Positions 29,988 to 41,400 of a DNA stretch of 64,000 nt are shown here, one piece after another. The stretch is from the NCBI GenBank assembly GCA_021802825.1, contig JAJZRG010000011.1:2581-66580 (forward strand), given 5' to 3'. This stretch comes from Chloroflexota bacterium (GTDB lineage: Bacteria; Chloroflexota; Limnocylindria; Limnocylindrales; CSP1-4). Under the pieces are notes generated by a model that worked only from the letters and a program-made list of their open reading frames with translations, made no database searches and was not told the origin of the DNA. The first letter of the stretch is position 1; every line of letters starts with the position of its first letter. The position numbers and the translations under genes are program-made.

Positions 29988-31241
29988 TCATGCGCGACCC
30001 CCCTCGCCTGCCCCGATCGGGGACGGCTCGCTCGTGCGCTCCCCGCGAAGGGCGGCCGCCGATTGCGCGACGATCCGCTCGCGGCGGCGCTGGACGACGG
30101 CGGGCGTCGGCTGCCCCAGATGCTCTGCCGCCAGCTGCCCGCAGGCCGCGCCGATCTCCGTCCCCCGGTTGAACCGGATGGTGACCGCGATCCCGGCCGC
30201 CCGGACGCGCTCGGCGAACCGCTCCACCACCGAGGCCGGGCTTCCCGTCCAAGGTGTGTGCGCCACCTGGTTCATCGGGATGAGGTTCACGTGCGCGAGG
30301 TCGCCACGGAGCAGCTCGGCCAGCGCGTCGGCATCCGCGTCCGTGTCATTGATGCCCTCGATCATCGTGAGCTCGTAGGTGATGCGCCGGCCGGTCGCCT
30401 GCGCGTGCTCGCGTGCCGCGGCCACGACCTCCTCCACGGGCCAGCGCCGGTTGAGCGGCACCAGGACGTCGCGGAGCGGGTTGCGCGCCGCGTGGATCGA
30501 GATCGCGAGCGTGAACTGCGGACCGAGCGCAGTGAGCCGCCGGATCCCGGGCACCACACCCGAGGTTGACACCGTGATGTGCCGCGCGCCGAGGCCGAAG
30601 CGAACGGGGTCGTTGAGCGCCTCGATCGCCTCGAGCACGCGCTCGAGGTTCATGAGCGGCTCGCCCATGCCCATGAACACGACGTTGGTCAGGTGCTTGT
30701 CGTCGGCGGCCAGCCGGCGCTGGGCCGCGCGGATCTGGTCCAGGATCTCGGCCGTCTCGAGGTCACGCTCCATGCCCAGCTCGCCGGTGGCGCAGAAGGG
30801 GCAGCCCACCGCGCAGCCGGCCTGGGAGCTGATGCACAGGGTGTGCCTCTCGCGGGCGCCGGCGCGAGCCGGGTAGTGCATGAGCACCGACTCCACGAGC
30901 AGTCCGTCAGACAGGCGATGGAGCGCCTTCTCGGTGAGCGCGCCGTCGGTAAGCCGGACTTCCGTCTCGGCCATCGTGTCGAAGCGGAAGGCCTCGCCCA
31001 GCTGCTCGCGGACGGGCGGGGGCAGCGTGAGGACCTCGCCGAAGCCCGCCTGGCGGCCTCGCCAGACCGCGTCCAGCACCTGGCGCGCCCGGTACCCGGG
31101 CAGGCCGTGCTCCTTGGCCCACGCCTCGAGCTCGCCAGGCGCGAGCCCCGACACGCCGGGACGCTCGTCCCGCGCGCGCGTCGCCGAGGGCGCGGGACGG
31201 AGGCCGAAGGACGGGGTGACGTCGGGTGGCTGGGTGGTCAT
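29988..31241 (-). CDS. rlmN: 23S rRNA/tRNA m2A methyltransferase RlmN
   Basis: CISSQAGCAVGCPFC radical SAM motif, VFMGMGEPL and AACGQL. Start placed at ATG 31241. Confidence 0.96.
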   Translation of the reverse strand: MTTQPPDVTPSFGLRPAPSATRARDERPGVSGLAPGELEAWAKEHGLPGYRARQVLDAVWRGRQAGFGEVLTLPPPVREQLGEAFRFDTMAETEVRLTDGALTEKALHRLSDGLLVESVLMHYPARAGARERHTLCISSQAGCAVGCPFCATGELGMERDLETAEILDQIRAAQRRLAADDKHLTNVVFMGMGEPLMNLERVLEAIEALNDPVRFGLGARHITVSTSGVVPGIRRLTALGPQFTLAISIHAARNPLRDVLVPLNRRWPVEEVVAAAREHAQATGRRITYELTMIEGINDTDADADALAELLRGDLAHVNLIPMNQVAHTPWTGSPASVVERFAERVRAAGIAVTIRFNRGTEIGAACGQLAAEHLGQPTPAVVQRRRERIVAQSAAALRGERTSEPSPIGAGEGGRA

Positions 31242-31382
31242 CGCAGCCGATTCTGGCATGGACGGGCGCAACGAGCGGCGAGCCGACGCCGAGCGCTCAA
31301 ACCGCCGGCCGGACGGCCCGGCAGGGCGCTCTGCGGACAGCGCGCCTGATGGGCGGTCCCGGCCTGCTCGGCGGAGGCCGGG

Positions 31383-32324
31383 TCACTGGTGGTCGCGGCG
31401 GCCGTGCAGCCAGTCGGCGCCCGTCATCGGCCGCTTGCCGGGTGGCGTGACGCGCTCCAGGACGAGCCGTCCGCTGGCGGTTGCGAGCGCGGGCTCGGGA
31501 CCTTCGCGCACGAGCGCACCGGGGGTGTCGTCAGGGCGCCCAGGCTCGACCCTCGCGGCGCTCACGATGAGCCGCTCACGCCCCAGCTGCGCGTCGGTGC
31601 CGGGCCAGGGAAGGTACGCGCGGACGAGTCGCTCCAGCTCGACGGCTGGCCGGGTGGGGTCAAGCCGGCCGTCCCCGCGCCGGAGCGGCCGCGTCACCGT
31701 CACGCCCTCATCCGCCTGCGGCACGGCGGGCAGCGCCCCGTCCAGCCAGGGGCCGAGCGAGCGCTCCAGCAGCTGAGCCGAGAGCTCGGCCATTCGCGCC
31801 TCGAGCTCCGGCGCCGTCTCGCGCCCTGTCAGCGCAACCCGCTCCCGGGCCAACAGCGGTCCGGTGTCGAGCCCCGCGTCCATGCGCATCAGCGAGACCG
31901 CCGTCTCCGCGTCGCCCGCGGCGATGGTCGCCGGTATCGGCGAGGCACCGCGCCAACGCGGCAGCGCGGACGGATGCAGGTTGAGCGCCCCGTGCGGGAG
32001 CTCGAGCAGCGCCGGCGGGACGACCTGCCCGTAGTCGGCGAGCACGGCGAGCTCCGGTCGGAGCGCCAGCACCAGGTCGATCGCCCCTGGTGCGCGCAGC
32101 CGCTCGGGCGTGAGCACCGGTTCGATGCCCAGCTCGACCGCCAGCGCTCCGATGGGCGTGGGGGTGGGGGTGGCGCGGCGCCCGACCGGATGGGCGGGTG
32201 CCGTGACGACGCCGACTAGCTCGATGCGCGGGTGCGCGGCCAGGCGCCGCAGGGCCGGGATCCCGAACGCGCCGGAGCCGAGGTAGACCGTCCGGACGCG
32301 ATCGCCCGCCGGCCCTGCGCTCAC
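31383..32324 (-). CDS. fmt: Methionyl-tRNA formyltransferase
   Basis: LNLHPSALPRWRGASPI and MDAGLDTGP motifs; follows def. Confidence 0.96.
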   Translation of the reverse strand: MSAGPAGDRVRTVYLGSGAFGIPALRRLAAHPRIELVGVVTAPAHPVGRRATPTPTPIGALAVELGIEPVLTPERLRAPGAIDLVLALRPELAVLADYGQVVPPALLELPHGALNLHPSALPRWRGASPIPATIAAGDAETAVSLMRMDAGLDTGPLLARERVALTGRETAPELEARMAELSAQLLERSLGPWLDGALPAVPQADEGVTVTRPLRRGDGRLDPTRPAVELERLVRAYLPWPGTDAQLGRERLIVSAARVEPGRPDDTPGALVREGPEPALATASGRLVLERVTPPGKRPMTGADWLHGRRDHQ

Positions 32325-32872
32325 GCGAGCGCCTTGGCGGCCTTTCGGCTGCGGGCCCGCGGCGCGGCAGGCGTCGCATCGTCCTCGTCGTCGTCCTCAT
32401 CGCCCTGGCCCACGACGAACAGATCATCCATCGAGGCGAGGTAGTCGATGAACAGCTTGCCCTCGAGGTGGTCGAGCTCGTGCTGGAGGGCGCGCCCCAG
32501 GAGCCCCGAGCCCTGGACCTTGAACTTCTTGCCGCGCCGGTCCTGCGCCACGACCCAGACCTTCTCCTTGCGCGTCACATAAGCGAAGTAGCCCGGGATC
32601 GACAGGCAGCCCTCGAGGTCGCGGTCGGTGCCGTCGGAGCGGATGATCATTGGGTTGACCAGCTCGTACAGGTGGTCCTCGACCTCCACCACGGCGCAGC
32701 GCATCGCCTCGCCCAGCTGGGGTGCGGCCAGGCCGACGCCGGGCGCCGCGCGCATCGTCGCCGTCAGGTCGTCGAGCAGCTCGTGCAGGTACTTGCCGAA
32801 GCTGTCCACGGTCTCGCCCTTGAGGCGGAGGCGAGGGTCGCCGAGGAGGACGATGGGTCGAACGGAGCTCAT
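32321..32872 (-). CDS. def: Peptide deformylase
   Basis: GVGLAAPQ, EGCLSIPG and QHELDHL motifs. Start placed at ATG 32872. Confidence 0.97.
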   Translation of the reverse strand: MSSVRPIVLLGDPRLRLKGETVDSFGKYLHELLDDLTATMRAAPGVGLAAPQLGEAMRCAVVEVEDHLYELVNPMIIRSDGTDRDLEGCLSIPGYFAYVTRKEKVWVVAQDRRGKKFKVQGSGLLGRALQHELDHLEGKLFIDYLASMDDLFVVGQGDEDDDEDDATPAAPRARSRKAAKALA

Positions 32873-32947
32873 GGCGACGAAGTATACGGAACGGGGCGCC
32901 GCCAACCCTCGGCGACGCCCCGTCGTTCCGCCCGTCCCGGCTGCGGA

Positions 32948-33343
32948 CTACGCCGTCGGGCCTCCCGACAGCTCGGACGGGGGCTCGCCCGTGGCTCCGG
33001 GCTCTGCGGTCGCCTTCGCGGCCGCGTTCTCGCTGCGCCAGTCGGCGGCGACCGTCTGCGCCTTCTCGGCGAATCGCTGGCCGTACTCGACCGTCGCCTC
33101 GGCGGCCTTCTGGGCGATGGGCCCGGCCTTCACGGCCGCAACCGCCGCGAGCTCGGCGGCCTTCGCGCCCACGTCACGGGCGACGGGCGCGGCCTCGCGG
33201 GCGACGTTCTGGATCATCGCCTCGAGTTGGGCGAGCCACTCGCGGGCGCGGGAGCTTGCCCCGGCGTCGGGGATGGGCTCGTCGGCCATCCCACTGCCGA
33301 AGCCTGTCTGCTCATGGGGGTCGAGGGGCTGCTGGTCGGTCAT
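32948..33343 (-). CDS. Hypothetical Ala-rich helical protein
   Basis: 131 aa ORF with strong AAGGAGG RBS; amphipathic helical core. Confidence 0.7.
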   Translation of the reverse strand: MTDQQPLDPHEQTGFGSGMADEPIPDAGASSRAREWLAQLEAMIQNVAREAAPVARDVGAKAAELAAVAAVKAGPIAQKAAEATVEYGQRFAEKAQTVAADWRSENAAAKATAEPGATGEPPSELSGGPTA

Positions 33344-33449
33344 GGAGGACCTCCTTCAATCGTGTCGGGCTCCATTGTGACCATCCGGCCGAAACGCGCG
33401 AGTGCCGTCGGTCGGGAGATCCCCTCGCGTCTCACCGACAACGGCCTCC

Positions 33450-36008
33450 TCAGAGCAGGCTTTCGGGGTCCACGTCCACGCTCCACGGGGCGCCGGGCGG
33501 CGGGTCCAGCAGCGCCACGGGGTCGGGTCCGCGCAGGATCACGTGGTACCGCCATTTCCCGGCACGCCGGGCGATGAACGCCGGTGCCGGGCCGACCACC
33601 TGGACCACAGAGCCCTCGAGGCGGGCCCGCGCCCGCAGCTGCTGGGCATAGGCGACCGCCGCCTTCTCCGCAGCCTCGCGCTCGGCCATCCCCACCGTGA
33701 GCTTGACCAGCCGGCCATAGGGCGGCGACCCGAACCGCCGGCGCAGGTCGAGCTCCTCGTCGTAGAATGCGGCGGCGTCGCGGTTGGCGACCGCGGTGAT
33801 CGCTCGGTGGTCGGGACGGTAGCTCTGGATGAAGGCCGCGCCAGGCCGGCCGCCGCGCCCGGCGCGGCCCACCGCCTGCGCCAGCAACTGGTACGTCCGC
33901 TCCGCCGCCCGCTCGTCGGGCAGATTGAGCGCCACGTCCGCCGACACGACGCCCACCAGGGTCACCTCGGGCACGTCGATCCCCTTCGCGACGATGCTCG
34001 TGCCCACGAGCACGTCGAGGCGCCCGGCGGCGAAGGCGTCGAGGACGCGGTCGGTGGCGCCCTTGCGTTCGGCGATGTCGCGGTCGAGGCGCCCGGTGCG
34101 CAGGTGCGGGAAGCGATCGCGGACCTCGCGCTCGACGCGTTCCGTGCCGCCACCGAGGTACCGGATGCGCGGCGAGGCGCACTGCGGGCAGCGGGTCGCT
34201 GGCGGCCACGCGCGGCCGCAGTGGTGGCAGCGGAGCGTAGTGCCGGCCTGGTGGTACACGAGCGGGCGCTCGCAGTCGGGACACGCCTGGACGTAGCCGC
34301 AGTCGCGGCAGACGACCACCGATGCCGTGCCCCGGCGGTTGAGCACGAGGATGGCGCGGTCGCCGCGCACGGTGTCCAGCGCAGCCAGGGCCCCAGCGAG
34401 CGGGGCCGACAGGATGCCGCGGTTCCCAGCCGCCAGCTCGGCACGCATGTCCACCACTGCGATGGCAGGCTCGGTGCCCGCTGCGCGCGTGGGGAGCACG
34501 AGCCGACGGTACTCCCCTGCCCTCGCCCGGCCGACACTCTCCACCGACGGCGTGGCGCTCCCGAGCACGACCGCCGCGCCGGCCCGCGCCGCCAGGTCCA
34601 GCGCCGCATCCCGGGCCTGGAAGCGCGGCGTGCGGTCGCTCTTGTAGGCCGCGTCGTGCTCCTCGTCCACCACGATCAGCCCCACGGTGGCGAGCGGCGC
34701 CAAGACGGCGGTGCGGGTCCCGACCACCACGTCGGCGCCGCCAGCCCGGATCCGCCGCCACTCGTCGGCGCGCTCCCCCTCGCCAAGCGCCGAGTGCAGG
34801 ACGGCGATCCGCGCAGCGAGGTCCGCCCGAAGCCGGTCCACGACCGGCGCCGCCAGCGCGATCTCCGGCACCAGCAGCAGGGCCGGCCGGCCGGCCGCCA
34901 GGCAGGCCGCGATCGCCTCCACGTAGATCGCGGTCTTGCCGCTCCCAGTCACGCCGTCGAGCAGCACGGGCGTGGCGTCCCGCGCCTTCACCGCCTCGAG
35001 CACGGACGCGAGCGCGTCCGCCTGGTCAGGCGTGAGCTCCGCGCCAGCGGGCCGCGAGCCGCGCGCTGGCACGGGGCGGTCCGCCAGCGGGCGACGCGGC
35101 CGCTCCCGGACCTCAGCACGCACGAGCCCGCGCCGCACGAGACCCGCGAGCGCTGAGGCTCCGTGCCGATCCGCGAGGGGCGCGGCGGGCACCCCAGCGG
35201 GCGAGCCGATGGCCGCCTCCGCATCTCCCGCCAGCTCCGCGAGCGCCTCGGCCTGGCGCGGCCCAACCGGCCGTCCGGCCGGCTTCGACCCCTCCCGCAG
35301 CAGCGCCGCGGTGGCCGCCCCATCGGCCGTCAGCCACACCCGACGCTCGTACCGCGGCCCGGCCGTCGTCCCCAGGAGCGTCCACCCGAGGTCCACGAAC
35401 CCGCTGTCGGCCAAGCCGCGGAGCCGCCGCAGCAGGGCGCCACGGCCCTCGGGTGAGGCGAGGTCGCGCGCCGGCCGCGGCCGCCCTGCGAGGTCATCGA
35501 GCAGCGCGAGGTCGGCCGGCGCAAGGACGGGGGCGTCCTGGCCCAGCTGTGCCTCGCCGGCCGGCGTGACCTCCACCATCAGCTCCAGCCGCTCGAGGAG
35601 GCCCGGCGGCAGCATCGCGCGCACCACGCCCGCGACCGGGGCGAGGTACCGCGCGGCGATCCCCTGCGCGAAAGCGAGCGAGAGGGGCGGCAGCAGCGGG
35701 CCGTCCGTGCGGACGCGGGCGGCGATCGGCCGGGCCTCTGGACCGTTCGGGGCGACCTCGTCGCCCGCGCTGTCCGCGCGCGCAGGACGACCGCTGGACG
35801 CCCCCGTTGACGCTGCGGGTCCGAGCACGATGCCGATCGCCTGGCGACGCCCGAACGGGACCAACACGGCCTCGCCCGGCTCGATGTTCGCGAGCTCGGT
35901 CGGCACGAGGTACGTCCAGGTGCGCGGCCCCGGCCCCCCGGGCGCGTCCACCGCAACCCGGACCAGGCGCGGCGCGCCCTCGTCAGCGATCGGCTCGAGC
36001 GGGAGCAC
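33450..36008 (-). CDS. priA: Primosomal protein N' (replication restart helicase)
   Basis: GVTGSGKT, LVPEIAL, DEEHD, Zn motifs CRDC/CPDC/CHHC/CPQC and QAVGRAGR. Confidence 0.96.
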   Translation of the reverse strand: MLPLEPIADEGAPRLVRVAVDAPGGPGPRTWTYLVPTELANIEPGEAVLVPFGRRQAIGIVLGPAASTGASSGRPARADSAGDEVAPNGPEARPIAARVRTDGPLLPPLSLAFAQGIAARYLAPVAGVVRAMLPPGLLERLELMVEVTPAGEAQLGQDAPVLAPADLALLDDLAGRPRPARDLASPEGRGALLRRLRGLADSGFVDLGWTLLGTTAGPRYERRVWLTADGAATAALLREGSKPAGRPVGPRQAEALAELAGDAEAAIGSPAGVPAAPLADRHGASALAGLVRRGLVRAEVRERPRRPLADRPVPARGSRPAGAELTPDQADALASVLEAVKARDATPVLLDGVTGSGKTAIYVEAIAACLAAGRPALLLVPEIALAAPVVDRLRADLAARIAVLHSALGEGERADEWRRIRAGGADVVVGTRTAVLAPLATVGLIVVDEEHDAAYKSDRTPRFQARDAALDLAARAGAAVVLGSATPSVESVGRARAGEYRRLVLPTRAAGTEPAIAVVDMRAELAAGNRGILSAPLAGALAALDTVRGDRAILVLNRRGTASVVVCRDCGYVQACPDCERPLVYHQAGTTLRCHHCGRAWPPATRCPQCASPRIRYLGGGTERVEREVRDRFPHLRTGRLDRDIAERKGATDRVLDAFAAGRLDVLVGTSIVAKGIDVPEVTLVGVVSADVALNLPDERAAERTYQLLAQAVGRAGRGGRPGAAFIQSYRPDHRAITAVANRDAAAFYDEELDLRRRFGSPPYGRLVKLTVGMAEREAAEKAAVAYAQQLRARARLEGSVVQVVGPAPAFIARRAGKWRYHVILRGPDPVALLDPPPGAPWSVDVDPESLL

Positions 36009-36022
36009 GGGATCGCTGCCCG

Positions 36023-36754
36023 CTACGTGATCCGGACGCGGCGATCGGCACTGCGGCGCTTCTCCTGCGCGATGATCGCCTCGATCTCGGCGGCCGTCCG
36101 CGCTTGCTGGTTGGTCTCGTTCACGACCACCCGGTCGTAGTCGCCCTGGCGCGCGAGCTCGATCGCGGCGTTGCGCTGCCGCATCTCGAGCTCGTCAGCC
36201 GTCTCGGTGGCCCGGGTGCGCAGGCGCTGGAACAGCTCCTCCATCGACGGCGGCACGAGGAACACGAGGAGCGCGCCCGAGGCCCGCTGCTTGACGGCCG
36301 ATGCCCCCTGGACGTCGATCTTGAGGATCACGTCATGCCCGGCGGCGAGCGCGTCCGCCACCTCGTGGCGGGGCGTGCCGTACCAGTTGCCGTGGACCTC
36401 GGCCGACTCGAGCAGCTCGCCCGCGTCGCGCAGCCTGGCGAACGCCTCGGGTGTGAGGAAATGGTAAGACACGTCCTGGATCTCGCCCGGGCGCGGCGCC
36501 CGCGTCGTGCAGGTGACAACGTAGTGGTAGTCGGGGTCGCGCTCCTGGAGCGCCGTGATGATCGTGTCCTTGCCCACGCCCGACGGCCCGCTGATGATCA
36601 CCAGCTGTGCGCCCGGGGCCCCGAGCAGCGGCTTGGGCTCGGCCGAGGAGGCCGTCTCGGCCGAGGAGGCGGACTCGGACTGCGGGGGCCCTTCCGGCGA
36701 CACCGTCCTCTCGGGCGGCGCGACCGGGTCGGCGAGCGGATCGGGCTCCCTCAC
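36023..36754 (-). CDS. gmk: Guanylate kinase
   Basis: SGPSGVGKDT, TTRAPRPGE and GNWYGT motifs. Start placed at GTG 36754. Confidence 0.96.
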   Translation of the reverse strand: MREPDPLADPVAPPERTVSPEGPPQSESASSAETASSAEPKPLLGAPGAQLVIISGPSGVGKDTIITALQERDPDYHYVVTCTTRAPRPGEIQDVSYHFLTPEAFARLRDAGELLESAEVHGNWYGTPRHEVADALAAGHDVILKIDVQGASAVKQRASGALLVFLVPPSMEELFQRLRTRATETADELEMRQRNAAIELARQGDYDRVVVNETNQQARTAAEIEAIIAQEKRRSADRRVRIT

Positions 36755-37860
36755 GAGGCGCCTCCTGTCGGCCGCCGCCCGGCGGATGCCTCGGCCGCCC
36801 GGAGCCCCTCGAGCACCGTCTCGAGTGGCTCCGGCAGCGGCGCCTCCACCCGCACCAGCTTGGCGGACGTTGGCGAGACCAGCTCGAGGCGCCACGCGTG
36901 GAGGAACAGCCGGTCGAGCCCGTCGGGGCCCTTGCGCGCCGTCCCGGTCCCGTACACCTGGTCGCCCGCCACGGAGTGCCCGAGCGCCGCGCAGTGGACG
37001 CGGATCTGGTGGGTCCGGCCGGTGATCAGGTCGAGCTCGAGCAGCGTCCAGTCGCGGAAGCGCTCGCGGACGCGGTAGCCGGTCGTCGCGGCGCGGCCGT
37101 CGGGGACCACGGCCATCCGCTTGCGGTCCTTCGGGTCGCGGCCGATCGGCGCCTCGATGCGGCCGAGCGCCGCCGACACCGACCCCTGAACGAGCGCGAG
37201 GTACGTCTTGCGCACCCGGCGCGCCTTGAGCTGGGCCATCAGCCCGGCCTGGGCGGCGTCGTTGCGCGCGACGATGAGCAGGCCCGACGTGTCTCGGTCG
37301 AGGCGGTGGACGATGCCCGGGCGGGCCACGCCCGCGATGCCGCCGTAGTGGTCGCCGCGCGCGAGCAGCGCGTTGACGAGCGTGCCGCGCCAGTGCCCGG
37401 GTGCCGGGTGGACGACAAGCCCCGACGGCTTGTTGACGATCAGCACGTCGTCGTCCTCGTAGACGACGTCCACGGGGATCGTCGGGTCGGGCTCCAGGTG
37501 GTACGGGATCTCCGGTGGGGGCACCTCGAGGGTCACGCCCCCGACACGCACCTCGGAGTTGGCGCGCAAGCGCCGGCCCGTGTCGTCCACGAGGAGCCCG
37601 TCGGAGATCAGCTTCTGGACGTACGAGCGCGAGAGTCCGGTCCGGTCGGCGACGAAGCGGTCGATGCGCCGCACCACCTCGCCCTCCGGGATGGCGAGCC
37701 TGCGGGGCCCGGGCTCGATCGACGGCGGCGCGGGCTCCATGCCCAGCGAGGCATCGAGGTCGTCCTCCCCGTCAAGGGCCTCGAGCTCGTCGGCGGCGTC
37801 CTCGGGCGGGCCGCCGGGGACATCGTCCGACGAGTCGCCCGCGGGGGCGGGGTCAGTCAT
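36751..37860 (-). CDS. rluD: RluA family pseudouridine synthase (RluD-like)
   Basis: S4 domain, NKPSGLVVHP, catalytic HRLDRDTSG and TGRTHQIRVH motifs. Confidence 0.92.
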   Translation of the reverse strand: MTDPAPAGDSSDDVPGGPPEDAADELEALDGEDDLDASLGMEPAPPSIEPGPRRLAIPEGEVVRRIDRFVADRTGLSRSYVQKLISDGLLVDDTGRRLRANSEVRVGGVTLEVPPPEIPYHLEPDPTIPVDVVYEDDDVLIVNKPSGLVVHPAPGHWRGTLVNALLARGDHYGGIAGVARPGIVHRLDRDTSGLLIVARNDAAQAGLMAQLKARRVRKTYLALVQGSVSAALGRIEAPIGRDPKDRKRMAVVPDGRAATTGYRVRERFRDWTLLELDLITGRTHQIRVHCAALGHSVAGDQVYGTGTARKGPDGLDRLFLHAWRLELVSPTSAKLVRVEAPLPEPLETVLEGLRAAEASAGRRPTGGAS

Positions 37861-38458
37861 CGGTCCCCCAGTCGGCGACGGCCGGGAAGATCGCGGCGAC
37901 GAAGATCAGGATCAGCGAGGTGGTGATGGCCGCATCGGCGACGTTGTAGGTCCAGAACCGCAGCGTTCCGATGCCCATGTCGATCCAGTCCACCACCGCG
38001 CCGTAGTGGAGTCGGTCGATGAGGTTGCCGATCGCCCCGCCCAGCAGCAGCGAGGTCGCGAGCGTCATGACGATGCCCCGTCCCGCCTTCTGGTGGTACA
38101 CGACGATCAGGCCGATCACCACCAGCGACACGATCGCGAACGCGTCCGCCGACTTCGGGACCATCCCGAACAGGATGCCGCTGTTCTGGCCGTAGACGAA
38201 GTTGAGCCAAGTCCCGAGCACGGAGAACTTGCCTCCGGGCTGGCCGATCGCCCCGGTGATCCACGCCTTCGTGACCTGGTCCACCACCACGACGGTGACG
38301 GCGACCGCGATGAACAGCAGCCAGCGCCGCACCGACGGGCCCCGCCAGTTCGGGGCCCCCTCCGGCCCCTTGCCGGGCCGCTTGACCGGCCCCTCCTCGT
38401 CGTCCTCGTCGACGATTTCCCCGAGATCCGCGTCGTCCGGCTGGACCGCCATGGTCAC
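37853..38458 (-). CDS. lspA: Lipoprotein signal peptidase
   Basis: DQVTK, NSGILFG, GAIGNLIDRL and YNVADAAI motifs. Confidence 0.95.
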   Translation of the reverse strand: MTMAVQPDDADLGEIVDEDDEEGPVKRPGKGPEGAPNWRGPSVRRWLLFIAVAVTVVVVDQVTKAWITGAIGQPGGKFSVLGTWLNFVYGQNSGILFGMVPKSADAFAIVSLVVIGLIVVYHQKAGRGIVMTLATSLLLGGAIGNLIDRLHYGAVVDWIDMGIGTLRFWTYNVADAAITTSLILIFVAAIFPAVADWGTDD

Positions 38459-41400
38459 GCTCCGGGCCCTCGGAGGGCGATCCGGGCGTCGCCGCTCTCG
38501 AGCCGCACCGCCACCGACTGGACCTCGGGCGGCGGCGGCCCGTGGTGGACCGCGTCGGCGAGCGTGTCGGCGAGCACCGGCGCGAGGTACGGCAGCACGT
38601 CCGTGCCCACCCCGTCGAGCCAGAGCTCGATCCGGGCGTCGAGGTCCAGCTCGGCCTCCTTGCGCAGGTCCTGGATGGCGCGCTGCAGCTCGCGGGCGTC
38701 GCCCTCGGCGCGGAGCTCTGGGGTGAGCGTGGTGTCGATGACCGCGACCAGGCCGTCGTCGTGGGCGACTGCAGTTCCCGGTCGGGGCGTCGCTTGGACC
38801 TCGACCTCGTCGGGCGACAGCGTCTCGCCCTCGATCGTCACCGAGCCGTCGGCATGGATCTCGAAGCGACCCGCTCGGGCCGCAGTCATGATCGCCGGGA
38901 TCTTCGCGCCCAGCCGCTTGCCAACCCTGGGCAGCAGCACCTTGACGCCGCGGTCCACGAGCTCAGATTCGTCGCCGATCCGCTCGACGGCCTTGACGTT
39001 GGCCTCCGCGCGGACCAGCTCGAGCAGCGCGTCGAGCTCGCCCACCTCGCGGCCGGGGAGCGCGAGCCAGAGCGTGGCCAGCGGCTGGCGCACCTTGAGC
39101 CCGGCCTGCCCGCGCAGCGTCCTCGTCAGGTCAACCGCGCGGCGCGCGACGGCCATCGCGTCCTCGAGCGCGGGGTCGCGCAGGGGCTCGAGCTCGGGCG
39201 CCGGCCAGCCCGAGAGGTGCACCGAGTCGGGCGCGGCGGGATCCACGGCAGCCACGAGGTTGCGGTAGATCGACTCGGACAGAAACGGCAGGATGGGCGC
39301 GGCCATGCGCGCGAGGGCGACGATCGCGGTGTGGAGCGTGGCGAACGCGGTGTCGCGGTCTGCACCGCTGCCGCGCGACATGCGGCGTCGCGAGAGGCGC
39401 AGATACCAGGTCGAGAGATCGTCGATGAACGCCTCGAGCACGCGCGTCGCGGCCTCCGCGTCGTAGTCGCGCAGGCGGGCCTCGACCGCGGCCGCGGTGC
39501 CGGCGGCGCGCGACAGGATCCAGCGGTCGAGGGGCGGGTGGCCGGCCACGACGGGGGCGCCGTCGGCGGGCCTCCATCCGGCGAGCCGCGCGTAGGTCAC
39601 GAAGAACGCGTACACGTTCCACAGCACCAGCAGCCCGCGCCGGGCCTCGTCGGCGGCGTGCCAGCCGAACAGGATGTTGTCGTCAGGGCGCGCCGAGGCA
39701 TACATCCAGCGCATGACGTCCACGCCCATGCGCTCGGCAGCCTCGTCGAACTCGATCGCGTTGCCCCAGCTCTTGTGCATCGGCCGCCCGTCCTCGCCGT
39801 ACAGCGTGGCGTAGCCGAAGATCGTCTTGAACGGGGCCTCGCGGCGGAGGACCGTGGACATCGCGAGCATCGCGTAGAACCAGTTGCGGAACTGGCCCGG
39901 GAACGACTCGCTGACGAAGTCGGCCGGGAACCACTTCGCCCAGTACTGCGGGTCCTCGCGGAAGTGCATCGTCGAGAACGGCACGATGCCAGCGTCCAGC
40001 CACGGGTTGCCGACGTCGGTGACGCGCGCGACGGGCTCTCCGCACTTGGGGCAGGCGATCTTGACCGCGTCCACGTACGGGCGATGCGGGGTGTGGCCCT
40101 CGAACTGGTCCCAGCCCTCGACGGCTCGGGACCTGAGCTCCTCGCGCCCGCCCACGACGTCGAACGTGCCGCAGGCGCGGCAGTCGTAGATCGGCAGCGC
40201 CAGGCCGTAGTAGCGCTTCTTGGAGATCATCCAGTCGCGCATGTTGAGCAGCCAGTCGAGCTCCCGTTCGTAGCCGAATCCGGGGATCCACCGGATCTGG
40301 TCGACGACCTCCATGATCTGGTAGCGGAGGCTCGCGTCCACCTGCTCCTTGCTGAGCGTCTCGCGCGACTGCTCGTAGACCGGGCCCATGCTGATGTACC
40401 ACTCGTCCACGAGCCGGAACAGCAGCGGCGTACTGCAGCGCCAGCAGTGCGGGTAGCGGTGGGCGTACGGCTCGAGGTGGTAGAAGAAGCCGCGCTGCTC
40501 GAGATCCGACACGACGTCCTCGGCCACCTCCGGGGCGTCCTTGCCCGACAGCCAACCGAAGCCCTCGTAGTAGCGCCCGTCCTCGTCGATGGGGCCCAGG
40601 ACGGGCAGGCCCAGGGCCTTGCCCAGCTGGAAGTCCTCGGCGCCGCAGCCGGGCGCGATGTGGACGATCCCGGTGCCCTCGTCCTCGCCCACCTCGCCCC
40701 ACAGCACGACGCGGTGCTCGTAGGCCTTCTCCTCGAACGACGCCCTCACCGCGGGCAGCTCGTCGTACGGTCCCGCGTAGCGCCAGCCCGCGAGGTCCCT
40801 GCCGGCCACCTCGTCGAGCACCTCGAACGCGCCCCTGAGCGCCTGCTTCAGCGTCCCCTTGCCCAGCCAGAACACCTGCTCGCCCTGGCGGACCTTGACG
40901 TAGCGCAGGTCCTCGCCCACGGCCGCAGCCACGTTGGCGGCAAGCGTCCAAGGCGTCGTGGTCCAGACCAGCAGCGCCTCGCCTGGGCGGTCCACCAGCG
41001 GGAGGCGGACGGTCAGACCCGGGTCCTCGCGGTCCGCGTACCCCTCGTTCATCTCCATCTGGGAGAGGCCCGTGCCGCAGCGCGGGCACCACGGCATCGT
41101 GTCGTGGCCCCGGTACACCCAGCCCCGGCGGTTGCACTCGGCCAGGAAGCCCCAGATGAGGTCGTTGTTCTCGTTGCTGAACGTGAAGTAGCTGCCGCCG
41201 ACTTCGGGCATGCCCAGGCGCCCGACGAGCATCTCGACCGTGTCGGCGATGGGGCCGTCCACGCCCTGGATCGTCGCCTGCTGGGCCGGGTCCTGGTCCA
41301 TCAGGTCGCGCAGGCGGAGCAGTTCCGCGGGGTCGTTCCAGTCCATCCAGTAGCCGAGGCGGATGCTCTGCTCGGTCTGGCGGGCGGCATAAGTCAGGAC